Source: a virus
Direction: 5' to 3' (one strand)
Virus record (IMG/VR): IMGVR_UViG_3300032285_003860
DNA length: 64,000 nt
The notes under the pieces were generated by a model. That model did no database searches and was not told where the DNA came from. It saw only the letters and a program-made list of their open reading frames with translations. Every line of letters begins with the position of its first letter. The stretch's first letter is position 1. This document shows positions 1 to 9,068 of the stretch, piece by piece. The translations under genes were made by a program, and so were the position numbers.

Positions 1-1
1 T

Positions 2-187
2 GATCCGCCCTATGTTTTATTTGACTTAAACACAAGACAATCTGTCAAAACAAGAGTCTTGGCAGAAGTACCCATTGATAAACAATCTGGGGCAGCACAA
101 TTTTGGAACTTAGATACAAAAAAGATGGAAGTCTATATTGCATCCGAAGACAAATTTTATGACTTGAATGGTAATTTATTACAATAG
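2..187 (+). CDS. 3' end of a gene truncated by the window edge; hypothetical
   Basis: Frame 2 is open from the window start (DPPYVLFDLNTRQ...DLNGNLLQ) to TAG at 185-187; not in the ORF track because it has no start codon in the window. Confidence 0.7.
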   Translation, partial: DPPYVLFDLNTRQSVKTRVLAEVPIDKQSGAAQFWNLDTKKMEVYIASEDKFYDLNGNLLQ

Positions 188-214
188 GAATCTTATTTAT
201 TAAAAAATTAAATT

Positions 215-220
215 GTGTAA
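215..220 (+). promoter_or_regulatory. GTGTAA putative phage late promoter motif
   Basis: GTGTAA 12 nt before ATG 233; the same motif recurs upstream of several virion genes. Confidence 0.6.
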
Positions 221-232
221 TATAATAATATT

Positions 233-484
233 ATGAACATTGAACCAAAAATAGTAACAGATACAAAAACCGTCACCTCATCATTCTCACTCTCTAAATT
301 GAATGATTCTCATGTGACCATGGATGACCCAATGAGAAAAACATTGAGAATTCAGTTGGTTGAGGCTATGCCACCCCAAAACGTAATCATTTCTGGTGAA
401 GAATATGATTCTTTGGGTCAATGGACTGATGAATCATTGAGCGCCTTTCTGGTCGCTAAATATGGTCTTGTAGCCGCTTCCTAA
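233..484 (+). CDS. small hypothetical protein in the fibre region
   Basis: 83-aa ORF preceded by the GTGTAA motif; no recognisable domain. Confidence 0.75.
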   Translation: MNIEPKIVTDTKTVTSSFSLSKLNDSHVTMDDPMRKTLRIQLVEAMPPQNVIISGEEYDSLGQWTDESLSAFLVAKYGLVAAS

Positions 485-521
485 GTCTTTTAAAATATTA
501 GAAAAACAATATCCATTTGCC

Positions 522-527
522 GTGTAA
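522..527 (+). promoter_or_regulatory. GTGTAA putative late promoter motif
   Basis: GTGTAA 9 nt before ATG 537. Confidence 0.6.
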
Positions 528-536
528 TATACTTAT

Positions 537-899
537 ATGGCAAATGTATATGATATTTCAATAGATCAAGGCTCCAGTTTAAACTTAACCTTAACAGCGA
601 CAGACTCGGCTGGGGCTTATTTAAATCTCTCTGGATATGCTGCCAGAGGCAAGATTAAGTATGGTTATGGTTCTACCGGTTATTTGCTTGATATCAATCC
701 CACAGTTGATTCCAGTTACGTTAGCGGATTAATTAATATCTCTCTTAGTGCAACCAGTACTTCTCTGCTTCCCATCACAAAAGCAGTCTATGACATAGAA
801 GTTTATACTACGGGAACAATTGGAGCAATTGCCAGTGGCTATACTTTTAAAGTACTAAAGGGATATGCCAATGTTTCCCCAGAAGTAACAACAAGTTAA
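537..899 (+). CDS. virion beta-sandwich adaptor protein (BppU-N/LtfC-like fibre attachment)
   Basis: Pattern YDISIDQGSS...LNLSGY...GKIK...INISLSATST...YDIEV...VLKG...V.PEVT is typical of phage fibre-attachment beta-sandwich proteins; lies directly upstream of a fibre gene. Confidence 0.6.
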   Translation: MANVYDISIDQGSSLNLTLTATDSAGAYLNLSGYAARGKIKYGYGSTGYLLDINPTVDSSYVSGLINISLSATSTSLLPITKAVYDIEVYTTGTIGAIASGYTFKVLKGYANVSPEVTTS

Positions 900-903
900 A
901 CTT

Positions 904-2751
904 ATGGCTGATATTAACGTGACAGTTCAGGATAATCCACTTAACATTACTGTTAATACCAATCCTAATGTTTTTATCTCTGCTGCAACTGCTGGAGTGC
1001 AAGGACCAGCAGGTTCACAAGGGGCTTCTGGAGTTGCAGGACAATTAATTAGTTTAAATAGTTTAACGGGATATGTTAACCTTACTGGACTTGGCAACAT
1101 CTCTATAACAACTGGAAGTAGTTTAATTTATATTTCTGGCGCAACTGGAAACTTTTACCCAATCAACAATCCAAGTGGATATACTGCAACTGGATTTGTT
1201 ACGGGCATAAGCGGTTATTTACAAAATCAAATAACATCTTTAAGTGGGACACTAACTGGTAATTATGTTTTAAATTCTTCTACCGGCGTTTTTGCCACAA
1301 GTGCAAATTTGATTTCAACTGGCTCTAATCTTCAAAATCAGATTAATTCTTTGAGCGGAACCTTAACTGGCAATTACGTTTTAAAATCCGCCACAGGAGT
1401 ATTTGTAACAACTGGACAAACTGGAGTTTTTGCCACTTCAGCCAATCTTATATCAACGGGTTCAAATTTACAAGGTCAAATCTCAAGCCTTAGTGGAACT
1501 TTAACTGGTAATTATGTATTAACAAATACTGCAACAGGAATTAGCGGCACATTAGCCTCATCTATTGCATCAACTGGTTCAAACTTACAGGGGCAAATAA
1601 ATTCGTTGAGTGGTACATTGACAGGAAATTACGTATTAAATTCTAGTACTGGAATATTTGTTACAACAGGTCAGACAGGCAGCTTTATAACAGCTAATCA
1701 AACTGGCAACTCAAATACTTTGGGTGGACAATCAGGTTCATATTATTTAAATTATGCAAATATGACTGGTTCTATAAATGGGACTGGTTCATTTGTTACA
1801 GCAAGTCAAACTGGCCAATTTTATCCAAATTCAAATCCATCTGGATATATTACTGGATTTAATTCTGGCATTTACGTTCAAACTGGACAAACTGGAAACT
1901 TTATAACTACAAGTCAGACTGGACAATTTTATGCTAATTCAAATCCAAGTGGATATATTGGTTCGGCAGGATTATCTGGATATGTGACAACAGGTCAAAC
2001 AGGTAATTTTGTGACCACAAGTCAGACTGGGCAGTTTTACGCCAATTCAAATCCTTCTGGTTATATTACGGGGGTAAATCTTTCAAGCTATATTACTACT
2101 GGACAAACTGGAGTTTTTGCCACTAGTGCTAATTTAATCCTAACGGGTTCAAATCTTCAAGGACAAATATCTTCTTTAAGTGGAACTTTGACTGGGAATT
2201 ATGTTTTAATTTCAACCTCAACAGGAATTAGTGGAATTTTATCTTCTTCTATTGCTTCAACGGGGTCGAATTTACAAGGGCAAATTAATTCATTAAGTGG
2301 AACTTTGACGGGAAATTATGTTTTAAAATCTTCTACTGGCGTATTTGTTACTACAGGTCAAACTGGGGCTTTTTATCCAAGAAGTAATCCATCTGGTTTC
2401 ATCTCTGGTTATCAAAATGCCCAAGGATGGATTGGCGTCACTCAATCTCCAACATATTTTAATATAGACTCGCCCAATATTGGCAACTCTTATACGACTT
2501 TTGGAATTGGAGCTTCTCAAGATGTTTCTATATATCCAAATAGAAATTTATTATTAGGTCCTGTTGGTAAAGTGGGCATTCAAAATTCTAATCCAGTATA
2601 TGATTTAGATGTAATTGGTTCGGGTAATTTTAGTAGTAAACTTTCTGTTTCTGGCAGCATTTATACTAATAGTGGATTCCAGCTATATGATGCTGGTTTG
2701 GGCAGGATTGTCACAATCACTTGCTTTAATGGAATATTGAGCGTCAATTAG
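904..2751 (+). CDS. repeat-rich tail fibre protein
   Basis: Short collagen-like GxxGxxG run, multiple internal repeats and a C-terminal VGIQNSNPVYDLDVIG fibre motif; S/T/G-rich. Confidence 0.75.
   Translation: MADINVTVQDNPLNITVNTNPNVFISAATAGVQGPAGSQGASGVAGQLISLNSLTGYVNLTGLGNISITTGSSLIYISGATGNFYPINNPSGYTATGFVTGISGYLQNQITSLSGTLTGNYVLNSSTGVFATSANLISTGSNLQNQINSLSGTLTGNYVLKSATGVFVTTGQTGVFATSANLISTGSNLQGQISSLSGTLTGNYVLTNTATGISGTLASSIASTGSNLQGQINSLSGTLTGNYVLNSSTGIFVTTGQTGSFITANQTGNSNTLGGQSGSYYLNYANMTGSINGTGSFVTASQTGQFYPNSNPSGYITGFNSGIYVQTGQTGNFITTSQTGQFYANSNPSGYIGSAGLSGYVTTGQTGNFVTTSQTGQFYANSNPSGYITGVNLSSYITTGQTGVFATSANLILTGSNLQGQISSLSGTLTGNYVLISTSTGISGILSSSIASTGSNLQGQINSLSGTLTGNYVLKSSTGVFVTTGQTGAFYPRSNPSGFISGYQNAQGWIGVTQSPTYFNIDSPNIGNSYTTFGIGASQDVSIYPNRNLLLGPVGKVGIQNSNPVYDLDVIGSGNFSSKLSVSGSIYTNSGFQLYDAGLGRIVTITCFNGILSVN
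1144..2400 (+). repeat. intragenic protein repeats in the fibre gene
   Basis: About 6 copies of LQ[NG]QI[NST]SLSGTLTGNYVL and about 5 copies of TGxFYxxxNPSG; a 92-aa block is duplicated at 1405-1680 and 2092-2367. Confidence 0.9.
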
Positions 2752-2763
2752 TTATAATAAATT

Positions 2764-3930
2764 ATGAAAAAATGGTTTTTAACAGTTTTTTTGGTGATGA
2801 CGGCATTTTTATTAAATGCTCAATATAGTCCTATAACCATCAATCCAAGTGGTAATGTGGTAAATACAAATGCTACTATAACATTTTCTAATTATTCTTT
2901 TTTTAAGACCAATGTATATTTTGGCGGTAATACTTACACGACCAATCATGCTTATGACGCATCTGGTAATCTGCTAGATCCACAGGCTAATGAGTACGTG
3001 ACTGCATCATTTGTTCGAAGCATTTTGAATAATGGTCAGTTCTTATATGGCACTCCAAACGCTACAAATAATATAGGATTTACTAATTATGATGGTACGA
3101 CAAACACAATAGCTTTGCTGTTTGGGACGACGGCTCCGACCAATTACAGTAAACAATTCTCCAACTTTGTGGCTGGTACATATTGGGCATCAGTCATCTC
3201 TACGAATACCTTTCAGTCCGTGTCTGGTCCATATGTGAATGACATATATGTCAATCTTGACTCCGATAAAGCAAATCCGAATCCTATTCCTACATTCACA
3301 ATGATGCCAGACATCTATGCGACCTATGACAGAACCAATCTGATACTGCTTGCCGCCGGCTCTGCACAATCAATTGTCTATCACGATACGAATCTATACA
3401 CGTGGATTCAATCTTCTCCGCAATATACATCTACAAATGCGGCTGGATTTTACATCGTCAGACGCGTGAAGTGCGATTCATTTACAGTTGGTGGTGGTAA
3501 TGGCAAGCCCATCATCAACGTATTTGGTGGATCAAACTACATCACATCCGTTTCATTTAGTACGCCAGTCGTCATCAATGCAAACTACTACGGCGCATTT
3601 ACTGGCACTCATATTGGAGATGGTTCAGCATTAACAAATCTTAACCCAGCAAATTTAATTTTTAATGCTACTACACAAACAACAGCGGTATTAAATTTTA
3701 ATTTAAATGAGATTGCCATTACCAACAATATTACATTCACTTCAGCCACTGGAGTTGCATCAAATGGGTATGCTAAATATATTGGCGCAACTGTTTTTGG
3801 CACTGGTATTACTGTTGCTTGGCCTCAAATTTGGAGCCCAAACAACACCAATTTAGTAGTGCTAACAAATGGCATTGTGGCTTTTAAATGCTTTGGAACC
3901 AATGTGTTTGCAGCTCCTTATCAGCCATGA
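2764..3930 (+). CDS. signal-peptide-bearing, TN-rich fibre-like protein
   Basis: N-terminus MKKWFLTVFLVMTAFLLNA/Q resembles a Sec signal; contains the fibre motif GDGSALTNL; 16 TN dipeptides by hand count. Confidence 0.7.
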   Translation: MKKWFLTVFLVMTAFLLNAQYSPITINPSGNVVNTNATITFSNYSFFKTNVYFGGNTYTTNHAYDASGNLLDPQANEYVTASFVRSILNNGQFLYGTPNATNNIGFTNYDGTTNTIALLFGTTAPTNYSKQFSNFVAGTYWASVISTNTFQSVSGPYVNDIYVNLDSDKANPNPIPTFTMMPDIYATYDRTNLILLAAGSAQSIVYHDTNLYTWIQSSPQYTSTNAAGFYIVRRVKCDSFTVGGGNGKPIINVFGGSNYITSVSFSTPVVINANYYGAFTGTHIGDGSALTNLNPANLIFNATTQTTAVLNFNLNEIAITNNITFTSATGVASNGYAKYIGATVFGTGITVAWPQIWSPNNTNLVVLTNGIVAFKCFGTNVFAAPYQP

Positions 3931-4739
3931 AAAATATAATTTTAATTTTATTGCTGGTTTGCAATTGCGCATATTCACAAAGCGCATTTTCTTTTCGTAA
4001 TGCAGCATTTGTAGGAGCATTAAAGCCTAAAGCAAAATCTGGAAATACTCTGCTTACTTCATTGTTTTCTTATTGGAAGTTAGACGAGACTGGAACATAT
4101 GGCGCAAGAGCTGATTCATCTGCAAATCACGTAGATTTAGATGCACCTAATGGCGCTGATTATTCAGCTGGCTTAATAAACTATGCATATTATTGTCCAG
4201 AAAATAATGATGGTTATTTAATAAACGTTGATTCAGTTGGTCAAAATATATATGGCGCTAGTGAATTTACAATTTCTTTTTGGGTTAATTGGTCATTGGG
4301 GCCAAGTGAATATGATGCTCAAGGCATAATTTCGATAGGAGAAGGATTTTGTATACAAGCAAGACCTTATGACGGGGCATATAGTTTTTTTTGTAGAACT
4401 GCAGATCCTCAAGCAGATTCTAATTATTATATAAGTTATAATTTTGGATCTGCTAATTTTAATTCTTGGGATCATGTTGTTGTAACTAGGTCATTAGATG
4501 GATATTTAAGGTTTTATGTAAATAATAGTTTAACTGATACAATACCTATAAGTGGTGCCATCCAAGGGAATCCATATGATATATTTTCAAGCAGTGATAT
4601 TATTCTGGGAAGATTAGTATATGGATATCCATTATATGGTAGTATCGACGAGTTCGGAGTTTGGACGAGAGCGTTGACAAGCTTGGAAGTAGAATCTTTA
4701 TATAATGGTGGAAACGGAAAACCTTTTAATACATTTTAA
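3927..4739 (+). CDS. LamG/concanavalin A-like lectin-domain protein with signal peptide
   Basis: Start probably ATG 3927 (ATGA overlap with the upstream stop); MKNIILILLLVCNCAYS/Q; LamG motifs YWKLDE, FTISFWV, WDHVVVT, GSIDEFGVWTRALT..EV..LYN. Confidence 0.85.
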   Translation: MKNIILILLLVCNCAYSQSAFSFRNAAFVGALKPKAKSGNTLLTSLFSYWKLDETGTYGARADSSANHVDLDAPNGADYSAGLINYAYYCPENNDGYLINVDSVGQNIYGASEFTISFWVNWSLGPSEYDAQGIISIGEGFCIQARPYDGAYSFFCRTADPQADSNYYISYNFGSANFNSWDHVVVTRSLDGYLRFYVNNSLTDTIPISGAIQGNPYDIFSSSDIILGRLVYGYPLYGSIDEFGVWTRALTSLEVESLYNGGNGKPFNTF

Positions 4740-4742
4740 TTT

Positions 4743-5030
4743 ATGAAAAAATCAATTATCGCTATCGGTCTCGCTTTGGCGGGAGTTATTCACGCGCAGG
4801 ACGCAACTAATGTCCCGTCTGCAAGTTCTATTATTGTAACAACTAGAACTAACATTGTTACCATAGTTCAGCCCATTCAATTAACTACTGAACAAATGGC
4901 TGGAATCATCACTGCTGTTCAAGCAGGTGGCATCAGCGCAAATATACCTATCACTACTGACAATCTTCAGGGCGTTAATGTCCGTAAAAACCCTGCCGGT
5001 GGATATACTGTTTATATTCAGGTAAAATAA
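4743..5030 (+). CDS. small signal-peptide protein
   Basis: MKKSIIAIGLALAGVIHA/Q Sec-type N-terminus; 95 aa. Confidence 0.75.
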   Translation: MKKSIIAIGLALAGVIHAQDATNVPSASSIIVTTRTNIVTIVQPIQLTTEQMAGIITAVQAGGISANIPITTDNLQGVNVRKNPAGGYTVYIQVK

Positions 5031-5077
5031 TTAAACTACTTGAAATATCGCCATAGTAAGCCATTGGTCTTATAAAA

Positions 5078-5083
5078 GTGTAA
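5078..5083 (+). promoter_or_regulatory. GTGTAA putative late promoter motif
   Basis: GTGTAA 9 nt before ATG 5093. Confidence 0.6.
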
Positions 5084-5092
5084 TCTATATAT

Positions 5093-5602
5093 ATGAAAGT
5101 CGTTGATATTGCCAATGAAATTTACTTAGAAAATGCTTCTCCAAGCGATACAAGCATTTCCTCAATTGCTTTTTGGATTCGCTCTAGCGTGGGCAAGTTA
5201 AATAATTTAATTTATGAGAGTTTTGTTGTGGACGCTGCCTCTTTAGAGATTGTGGATGGTTCTGGAAAAGAGATTTCTACTCTTGCTGCCGCTATCATAA
5301 AAATGATGTATAAAGTCTATAGAATAGACTTAGACATTCGCAGCAATATGTCTTCTCTTACAAATGACACTGTTTTAGAAGCAGTAGATGAAAATTTTAA
5401 AATCAAAAGAATCAATCGCAGCGAAGTATTAAAAACTCTTGCAACATTAAAAAAAGATTCATTAAAAGAATTAACTGACATTGTTCATTATTATCGCAGT
5501 TATAATGGTGTGCCCGACGCAATTAATGGCGATGATACTCAATGGGGTTATTATCCAGGCACTTCAACTCAATACGTCAGAAGCGTGGTTGGTCCAGTAT
5601 AA
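5093..5602 (+). CDS. putative head-tail adaptor/neck protein
   Basis: 169 aa, predicted helical; first of four genes preceding the tail tube (call from synteny). Confidence 0.5.
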   Translation: MKVVDIANEIYLENASPSDTSISSIAFWIRSSVGKLNNLIYESFVVDAASLEIVDGSGKEISTLAAAIIKMMYKVYRIDLDIRSNMSSLTNDTVLEAVDENFKIKRINRSEVLKTLATLKKDSLKELTDIVHYYRSYNGVPDAINGDDTQWGYYPGTSTQYVRSVVGPV

Positions 5603-5610
5603 TTAAATTT

Positions 5611-6072
5611 ATGGCAGGATTAATATCTAGCTCCGAAATGCAGATTGTTAGTGGATTGTATGATGATACTTTTAATACATTCCAAAGGAATATTGTTGTT
5701 TACAAAGAGCCAATTAAAAATGCCATAGTTAGCAGAACCAATCCTAATAACCCAAATCTTTTTGGTTTTGGTGATGCGCAAGTTGAAACTCAATATACTT
5801 ATACGCCAATAAGCGGCGTTTTCCCCGCAATTGTTAGATATGTTTCAAAAAATAACATTGGTAAATCTGAAATGATGATGGATACCAACGCATTTGTTCC
5901 TGTTGGAGAAGTAAAAATAAAAGTTAAACCAGATTGTTATAACTTTATAGAAAGCGGCACAACAGACAAAATTACTTTTGATAATAGAGATTTTTATTTT
6001 GTTGGAAAAGCTCAAGCAATGCCGTTTCTTGGAAATCTCTTTTATACCTATCAATTGAAGCCAAAGCCGTAA
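5611..6072 (+). CDS. putative head-closure/stopper protein
   Basis: Likely start ATG 5611 just after the upstream stop; beta-rich 153 aa; position in the neck module. Confidence 0.5.
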   Translation: MAGLISSSEMQIVSGLYDDTFNTFQRNIVVYKEPIKNAIVSRTNPNNPNLFGFGDAQVETQYTYTPISGVFPAIVRYVSKNNIGKSEMMMDTNAFVPVGEVKIKVKPDCYNFIESGTTDKITFDNRDFYFVGKAQAMPFLGNLFYTYQLKPKP

Positions 6073-6088
6073 CATATAATGAATTATT

Positions 6089-6724
6089 ATGGCACGAGTA
6101 TCTCTTAATATTGATTATAAAGTCATTGAGAAAAAATTTTATAGAGAAGCAGGTAAATTGCAATCAGTAATGGCAAAAGCCAAAACAATTGCCAATAGGA
6201 ACTTCAGAAGAATTCATCAAGCTCTATTGGATGAATTTGAAGAGCATGATATTACTCAAGAATTAAGGGCTGGTCCAAATCCCGACGAAAATCCAAGTGG
6301 AACTCTAGGTTCAATGAGCGGCAATCTATTTTCGTTTTTGGGATTTGGTGGCGGCACAGATCCAACAAAAGAATTACGCGCCCTATTAATGAATATAAAT
6401 TTAGGCAGGGGTTATTATTCAAATGGCACAGTTTCTTTTGCTGTAAGAGATATTCCAACTAAAAATAAAATTATTGATGCCACAAGAATGGTTTGGGGCA
6501 ATCAAACAAGCTGGGCTTTTGCTGTTGAAACAGGAGAATTTAGCGGAGATGCAGAATTAAGCCATTTCATTTTTAAAACTTGGGCGGGTTCCCGTTCAGG
6601 CACAGGATTTCAACTCAAGGGAATTGAATATACTGAAGAAAGCTTTGTTCCAAAACAATATATTTCTGAAATGCTTAGAAAATTTAAAGAAAGAGTTGGT
6701 AATTATCAATATGCTTCTAGGTGA
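6089..6724 (+). CDS. putative neck/tail-completion protein
   Basis: 211 aa, basic N-terminus, WAFAVETG motif; call from synteny. Confidence 0.45.
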   Translation: MARVSLNIDYKVIEKKFYREAGKLQSVMAKAKTIANRNFRRIHQALLDEFEEHDITQELRAGPNPDENPSGTLGSMSGNLFSFLGFGGGTDPTKELRALLMNINLGRGYYSNGTVSFAVRDIPTKNKIIDATRMVWGNQTSWAFAVETGEFSGDAELSHFIFKTWAGSRSGTGFQLKGIEYTEESFVPKQYISEMLRKFKERVGNYQYASR

Positions 6725-6730
6725 GTGTAA
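6725..6730 (+). promoter_or_regulatory. GTGTAA putative late promoter motif
   Basis: Immediately after the stop of 6089-6724. Confidence 0.55.
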
Positions 6731-6781
6731 TAAATGATATGGATACAGGAATTTTTACAATAAAATATAAGGAGGTTTCAA

Positions 6782-7615
6782 TTGATTCCACAGCTAGACA
6801 ACCAAATATTAAGTAATTTATTATTATTTGTAGATTATCAGGTTCAAAGACAGGGCTCTAGTTTTAGTAATAAAACAGGGCTATTCTACCCTGCAAATCG
6901 CACTATAAATGGCTTAACGACCTATACTTGTGCCTATAAACAGCTTTGTAATGATACCTCCATAAGTGGGGCAACAGTAATGTCTGGGGTTTATATCAAT
7001 GGCAATTATACCCCCGTTGGCACAAGCGGCTTATATGCCATAAATCACTATCAAGGGGCAATACATTTTTCATCTCCTCCTGCCTCAAATGCCGTTATAA
7101 GTGGTAGTTTTGCTGTTAAAGATATGGCAGTATATTTATCTGACCAGCCTGATTATAAGATAATATTTGAGGGTAAATACCAGTCCAATCCTAAATATGG
7201 TGACGTGCCATCTGGTATGCCATTAGATGTAAGTGTTGCTCCTGGGATATTTCTTGTGCCCAAAAATCAAGAAAATAGACCTTTTTCTTTTGCTGGTATT
7301 GATGATAATTACAATCGCGTTAGAGCAATCGTTGTCACAGATAGCGTTTATCAAAGGGTCGCAGTATCTAATATTTTAAAGAATTTGAGACTAAAACCAT
7401 TGCCATTGGCCACCTCTACGCCATTTGATTATCTTGGAAATATTACTGGTCAAAATGCCTATAATTATACTGGATTACCATTTGCTTCAAATATTTCTCC
7501 AATAATTATGACCGCAAAAGCAATTGAAATACCCCAAAAAGCAGAATATGTTGATATTTACAAACAATTTTGCATGGTAGATTTTGAAATATCTACTTGG
7601 GCAGGACACATGTAG
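6782..7615 (+). CDS. putative tail terminator protein
   Basis: TTG start with a perfect SD TAAGGAGGT (6768-6776); directly upstream of the tail tube gene. Confidence 0.55.
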   Translation: MIPQLDNQILSNLLLFVDYQVQRQGSSFSNKTGLFYPANRTINGLTTYTCAYKQLCNDTSISGATVMSGVYINGNYTPVGTSGLYAINHYQGAIHFSSPPASNAVISGSFAVKDMAVYLSDQPDYKIIFEGKYQSNPKYGDVPSGMPLDVSVAPGIFLVPKNQENRPFSFAGIDDNYNRVRAIVVTDSVYQRVAVSNILKNLRLKPLPLATSTPFDYLGNITGQNAYNYTGLPFASNISPIIMTAKAIEIPQKAEYVDIYKQFCMVDFEISTWAGHM

Positions 7616-7702
7616 GATTCATTTTTTTTTCACGAAACAACTAAAAAAATGTATTAATATTCAGAAGTTAAAATCATTTTTTAAACAAAGGAAAAAATTT
7701 AT

Positions 7703-8608
7703 ATGGCCACAATACCAAGAATAGTATATTTTGCACAGACAGTGACAATCAATTCTCCATCTGCTGGAACACTTACTCTTCCAATCAGTTCGGCGAATAT
7801 TGAAGTATCAAGACCAATTGAAGCGATCAGCACTTTCGGAAAGTTTTCTTCCTTAAATACTGCTCAAACCAATTTGACTACTTGCAAGAGCACTTTAAAG
7901 GGATATTTAGGGTCTGCATCGGGGGGCATATCTGGATTTACTGCCTCATTCTTAAATAATTTAATCACGGACACGAAAGCCAGCAGCGGTGCATCTATTA
8001 CTGTTTCTCCTGGTGGTTTTGCTATGACTGGTATTCTTACAAGTCTTGGCATCGACATTTCGATGGGTGGTTTTGGTATGATTGATTTAGGATTTGCCGG
8101 TATTGGTAACCCATCAATTACTGCTCCAACTACTACTTATGCTGCTGATCCTGTTAGTTCATATGCGATTTCTCCAATTACTACAATGAGTATCGGAACT
8201 GGTGGTGGATTAGCTAATACTTATGCTACTTCAATTAAATTTTCTTATGATTTGCCAAGTGATACACTCTCTGCTCTTGGAGATAATCCTAATGCAACTC
8301 AAGGAAATTTAACCAGTCAGATGGCTACAAAGCCTCCTTATAAAGCAACAATTAATGTTGAAGGACATGGTGTTGATCCAACAAAACTTGATACTAATTT
8401 TGCTGCCGCTGTTTATGGTATTGGTGATATTGGAGTTGCTCTTCCCAATGCTAAAGTTAGTGCTCGTTCAGTAAATAACGCTGCCGGACAGGTCAGCGAA
8501 TCATTTGCTTATACAATTGAAGATACGACTGCCACACTTACGACAGTTTCTCTTGGAGCTTATAGCCAAAATGGCAATACTCAAACAAGCCCAACTTACG
8601 GAGCTTAA
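7703..8608 (+). CDS. major tail tube protein
   Basis: 301 aa, S/T/G/A-rich and beta-rich; followed by a strong terminator, then chaperone-like genes and the tape measure (canonical order). Confidence 0.65.
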   Translation: MATIPRIVYFAQTVTINSPSAGTLTLPISSANIEVSRPIEAISTFGKFSSLNTAQTNLTTCKSTLKGYLGSASGGISGFTASFLNNLITDTKASSGASITVSPGGFAMTGILTSLGIDISMGGFGMIDLGFAGIGNPSITAPTTTYAADPVSSYAISPITTMSIGTGGGLANTYATSIKFSYDLPSDTLSALGDNPNATQGNLTSQMATKPPYKATINVEGHGVDPTKLDTNFAAAVYGIGDIGVALPNAKVSARSVNNAAGQVSESFAYTIEDTTATLTTVSLGAYSQNGNTQTSPTYGA

Positions 8609-8625
8609 TTCTAATTACAAATCAC

Positions 8626-8653
8626 AAACCCTGGCTTCGGCCAGGGTTTTTTT
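8626..8653 (+). terminator. Rho-independent terminator
   Basis: AAACCCTGGC-TTCG-GCCAGGGTTT stem with a cUUCGg tetraloop followed by a T run. Confidence 0.92.
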
Positions 8654-8674
8654 GTTTCTATGTATCTTTTTCTT

Positions 8675-8680
8675 GTGTAA
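8675..8680 (+). promoter_or_regulatory. GTGTAA putative late promoter motif
   Basis: Located just downstream of the terminator, where transcription must restart. Confidence 0.65.
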
Positions 8681-8704
8681 CTACATTTAAGGGAAAGGAA
8701 CATT

Positions 8705-9052
8705 ATGAATACACCAGAGAGTAAACTTATTGCCATAACTTGCGATAAAGAAATAACGAATCTTTATAAAGACTTCTTAGAAATCATTGAAGACCTTCAA
8801 AAAGACCATTCTATTATGGTCGAAAAAATAAAAGAAAAATACGGTGAAGAATATGCTGAAAACATCAATTATTTTAAACCCGTCAAATACGATCAAATTA
8901 GAAAAAGAGTGCTTGATCACGGCAATGAATGCAATAGAAGTTTGTTAAATTTTCTTGGATTTTTTGATTCAACAATCAATATAGAAAAATTAAATAAAGA
9001 AAAAGTAGTTTATAAAAAAACCATTGTTTCTCCTCCTTTCTACATAGAATAA
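8705..9052 (+). CDS. hypothetical protein (tail assembly region)
   Basis: 115-aa charged helical ORF with AAGGA upstream. Confidence 0.7.
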   Translation: MNTPESKLIAITCDKEITNLYKDFLEIIEDLQKDHSIMVEKIKEKYGEEYAENINYFKPVKYDQIRKRVLDHGNECNRSLLNFLGFFDSTINIEKLNKEKVVYKKTIVSPPFYIE

Positions 9053-9068
9053 TAATAAGAATAAAATT

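Noticed and set aside
1144-2400. CRISPR array or DGR template/variable repeat
   Set aside because: The repeats are in-frame protein repeats that vary at synonymous positions; there is no spacer structure or adenine-specific variation, and no reverse transcriptase in the window
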